Assembly: GCA_963847705.1 (NCBI GenBank)
Contig: CAWKBC010000040.1
Location: forward strand, 1-64,000
Direction of reading: 5' to 3'
DNA: 64,000 nt
From: an uncultured Pseudomonadota bacterium
Lineage (GTDB): Bacteria; Myxococcota_A; Polyangia; Fen-1088
The position numbers and the translations under genes were made by a program. Shown piece after piece: positions 62,128 to 64,000 of the stretch (within the stretch, counting starts at the first letter, position 1; each line of letters starts with the position of its first letter). The notes beneath the pieces are model-generated. The model saw only the letters and a list, made by a program, of their open reading frames with translations, was not told the origin of the DNA and did no database searches.

Positions 62128-62931
62128 TTAGCCCGAACTCACAAGGATCTTCAGCAAGTCGGCCACGTTCCCGGCCGTTGACGACGGCAACACGTTCTCT
62201 CGCCGCATAGCCTTCTCTGCCTCTACGTCTCCCTGCGTCCAGTGGCTGACGTCACGCAGCAGGTTGTAGGCATCGCCGTCGCGGTCACAGCCGTACTTCG
62301 CGTACACGTCGCTCACGGCGCACTTCTTCGCCATCGCGATGTCCCGAAACAGACTGTCTCCGACGTACACGGTCTCTTCGGCGGCTGAGCCGTTGTGCGC
62401 GATCACGAATTGAAGTGCCTTCGGATCGGGCTTCCGCTCTTGGATTGTGACCACATCGCGTGCGGTTGATACGGGCATTCGATTCGGGAACCGCTCGTTC
62501 GCCGTGGCATAGACTCGCTTCACCAAGGTGGTATCAATGCCAAGCGCTTCGCACCGAGCCGCAGCAAGCGCTGAGGGAGCATCGGTATGAAGGACGACGG
62601 TGTCGCCGTTCCTCTGGAGAGCAGCCCAAAGATCCTTAATTCCAGAGAAGAGGTGATGTCCGGCCCTTCGAGAGGCGCTAAGACCGTCGGCGAGCCCATG
62701 CGCCTCCTGTTCACCGAGCCCGGGAAACAGCGCCTTCAGATCGTCGGAGGAGAACGGAAACTCTGACGTGCCGACGCTCTGATGAAAGCTTCGAATAGTC
62801 CTTCGGACGTTCAGATCGTCTAGACCGGTGACGCGTCCGAGGGTGCTCAAGAACTCAGAAAAGGACGAACTCCACATCTTCAGCCAGTCGAAGATGGTGT
62901 CGTCGATATCGAAGACGATCAGCCGCGACAT
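62128..62931 (-). CDS. HAD family hydrolase
   Basis: FDIDDTIFDW, HTD, RKPDP, YVGDSLFRDI. Confidence 0.88.
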   Translation of the reverse strand: MSRLIVFDIDDTIFDWLKMWSSSFSEFLSTLGRVTGLDDLNVRRTIRSFHQSVGTSEFPFSSDDLKALFPGLGEQEAHGLADGLSASRRAGHHLFSGIKDLWAALQRNGDTVVLHTDAPSALAAARCEALGIDTTLVKRVYATANERFPNRMPVSTARDVVTIQERKPDPKALQFVIAHNGSAAEETVYVGDSLFRDIAMAKKCAVSDVYAKYGCDRDGDAYNLLRDVSHWTQGDVEAEKAMRRENVLPSSTAGNVADLLKILVSSG

Positions 62932-62938
62932 CTGACGG

Positions 62939-64000
62939 CTATGCCGGCGCCGGGGCTGGGGACGGCGACGGATGTCCTTCCTCGTTCACCTTGAGCATCA
63001 GCTTGGAAAGCAACACCCGCAGGGGATAGATGGTGTGGCCAAACTTCTGCGCCGCCCTAGCATGGTCGAGAATGTCAGCAGCGGACCAATGAACGTTTAG
63101 AACTCCAATCGCTTCTCGATCTGCTTGCTCTTTGAAGTCCGAGGTAGGGATCAAGACTGGCAACGACATGAAGCCTGCAATGGATGGATCGCCTCGAAAA
63201 TACGCGCCTACAGCCTTCGCGACAGACGGGGAAAAGTCGCCGTACTTGACCATCCATCCCTCAATATCTTTGGCAGGATGAAAGTGCTCGAAGTCTTTTT
63301 TGACGAAACAGAACGGCGCACCGGGGAGAACGCTCCATCCACCATCCTGAGATCCGATCTTGAGAGGAACATCTAGGGCAAAATTCGGCAGCCCGTGTTT
63401 GTTATCCTCCCGGCTTGTAGCCACGGAGAAGGCACTGGGCATTGCCAGAACGCCTCGAACACCTTCGAGGGTCGTGCCGGTAGCTCTGAACGCCACGTGC
63501 TGATCCCACTGCTGTGCCTTCTCGCTTGGGATGTACCACATCACGTTCGCTACAAAGTCGGGCTTCGCGGTCGGATCCTTACGACTGTCGTAGACGCTGG
63601 CTAGCTTTGCGATTGCCTTCAGTATTAACTGAATGGCTCGTCTGCATTGCTCAGGGTTGCTGGCTGCGCTGAAAACGGTGTGGCTCTTTTCAAACGTAAG
63701 GCCAAACTCGGATAGATAGTCCGGAGAAGCGTTCGTCGCGACTGCGTCTTCGATCTTCGCCGCGGCGAGTTCAAACTTCCTTTGCGTCTTCCGTTGGTGA
63801 AACTGCGACGCAGCGGCCCGAGCAATGTGCAGGACCGAAGTGATCGCGAGAAGCTCCCAAAACAGTCGCGCCCCACCAGGAAGCGTGGGGAACGCGGCGT
63901 CTCCGTGACGCCAGATAGTCAGCCCACTCGCCCAGCTCTTCAGCTCATCTGCGAAGACAGCGCCGACAAGGCCCGCGAGGATCGCCAGGGCAGCTTCGAC
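62939..64000 (-). CDS. Membrane protein with two hydrophobic helices and a GAF-like C-terminal domain (5' end outside the window)
   Basis: Frame is open to 64000 by manual translation (ALAILAGLVGAVF; LFWELLAITSVLHI); LPGAP, FMSLPV, IGVLNVH. Confidence 0.75.
   Translation of the reverse strand, partial: VEAALAILAGLVGAVFADELKSWASGLTIWRHGDAAFPTLPGGARLFWELLAITSVLHIARAAASQFHQRKTQRKFELAAAKIEDAVATNASPDYLSEFGLTFEKSHTVFSAASNPEQCRRAIQLILKAIAKLASVYDSRKDPTAKPDFVANVMWYIPSEKAQQWDQHVAFRATGTTLEGVRGVLAMPSAFSVATSREDNKHGLPNFALDVPLKIGSQDGGWSVLPGAPFCFVKKDFEHFHPAKDIEGWMVKYGDFSPSVAKAVGAYFRGDPSIAGFMSLPVLIPTSDFKEQADREAIGVLNVHWSAADILDHARAAQKFGHTIYPLRVLLSKLMLKVNEEGHPSPSPAPAPA

Larger units (their letters stand above)
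32258..64000. mobile_element. tRNA-Leu-integrated genomic island, putative integrative mobilizable element; right end outside the window
   Basis: Integrase abuts the tRNA 3' end; visibly more AT-rich; contains mob/oriT, TA, IS and defence-type cargo. Confidence 0.82.

Noticed and set aside
32258-64000. Distal att duplicate of the tRNA 3' end; prophage interpretation
   Set aside because: No such repeat seen by eye in the window, and no phage structural genes

Overview
High-GC bacterial chromosome segment; the gene content (PEGA protein, sigma54 activators, Gly/Thr-rich lipoproteins) suggests Myxococcota (inference). Bases 1-32.1 kb are core-like: a PduO-type adenosyltransferase, murB, a TetR-EmrB-EmrA-TolC efflux operon, a four-gene cytochrome c cluster built around a Cyc2-like cytochrome-porin fusion, two GT-C glycosyltransferases, an aminotransferase, speA, moeA, a leucine/HMG-CoA catabolic trio, an NtrBC-like two-component pair and an arylsulfotransferase-like lipoprotein. 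tRNA-Leu(CAG) at 32174-32257 borders a lower-GC genomic island that runs past the window end. The island carries a tyrosine integrase, a FliA-like sigma factor behind a sigma54 promoter and a palindromic enhancer, intact and decayed TA modules, and a complete IS21 element (49-bp IRs, 6-bp TSD) with two extra passenger ORFs. It also has an IncQ2/pTF-FC2-like mobABCDE-oriT module and a cluster of candidate defence or nucleotide-signalling genes: small ORF plus calcineurin-like phosphoesterase-GAF, Fic, a sigma54 activator, a HEPN fusion, a Zn-ribbon NDT/TIR-like protein, and 2TM-GAF plus HAD. All calls come from motif reading by eye; no database searches were run.
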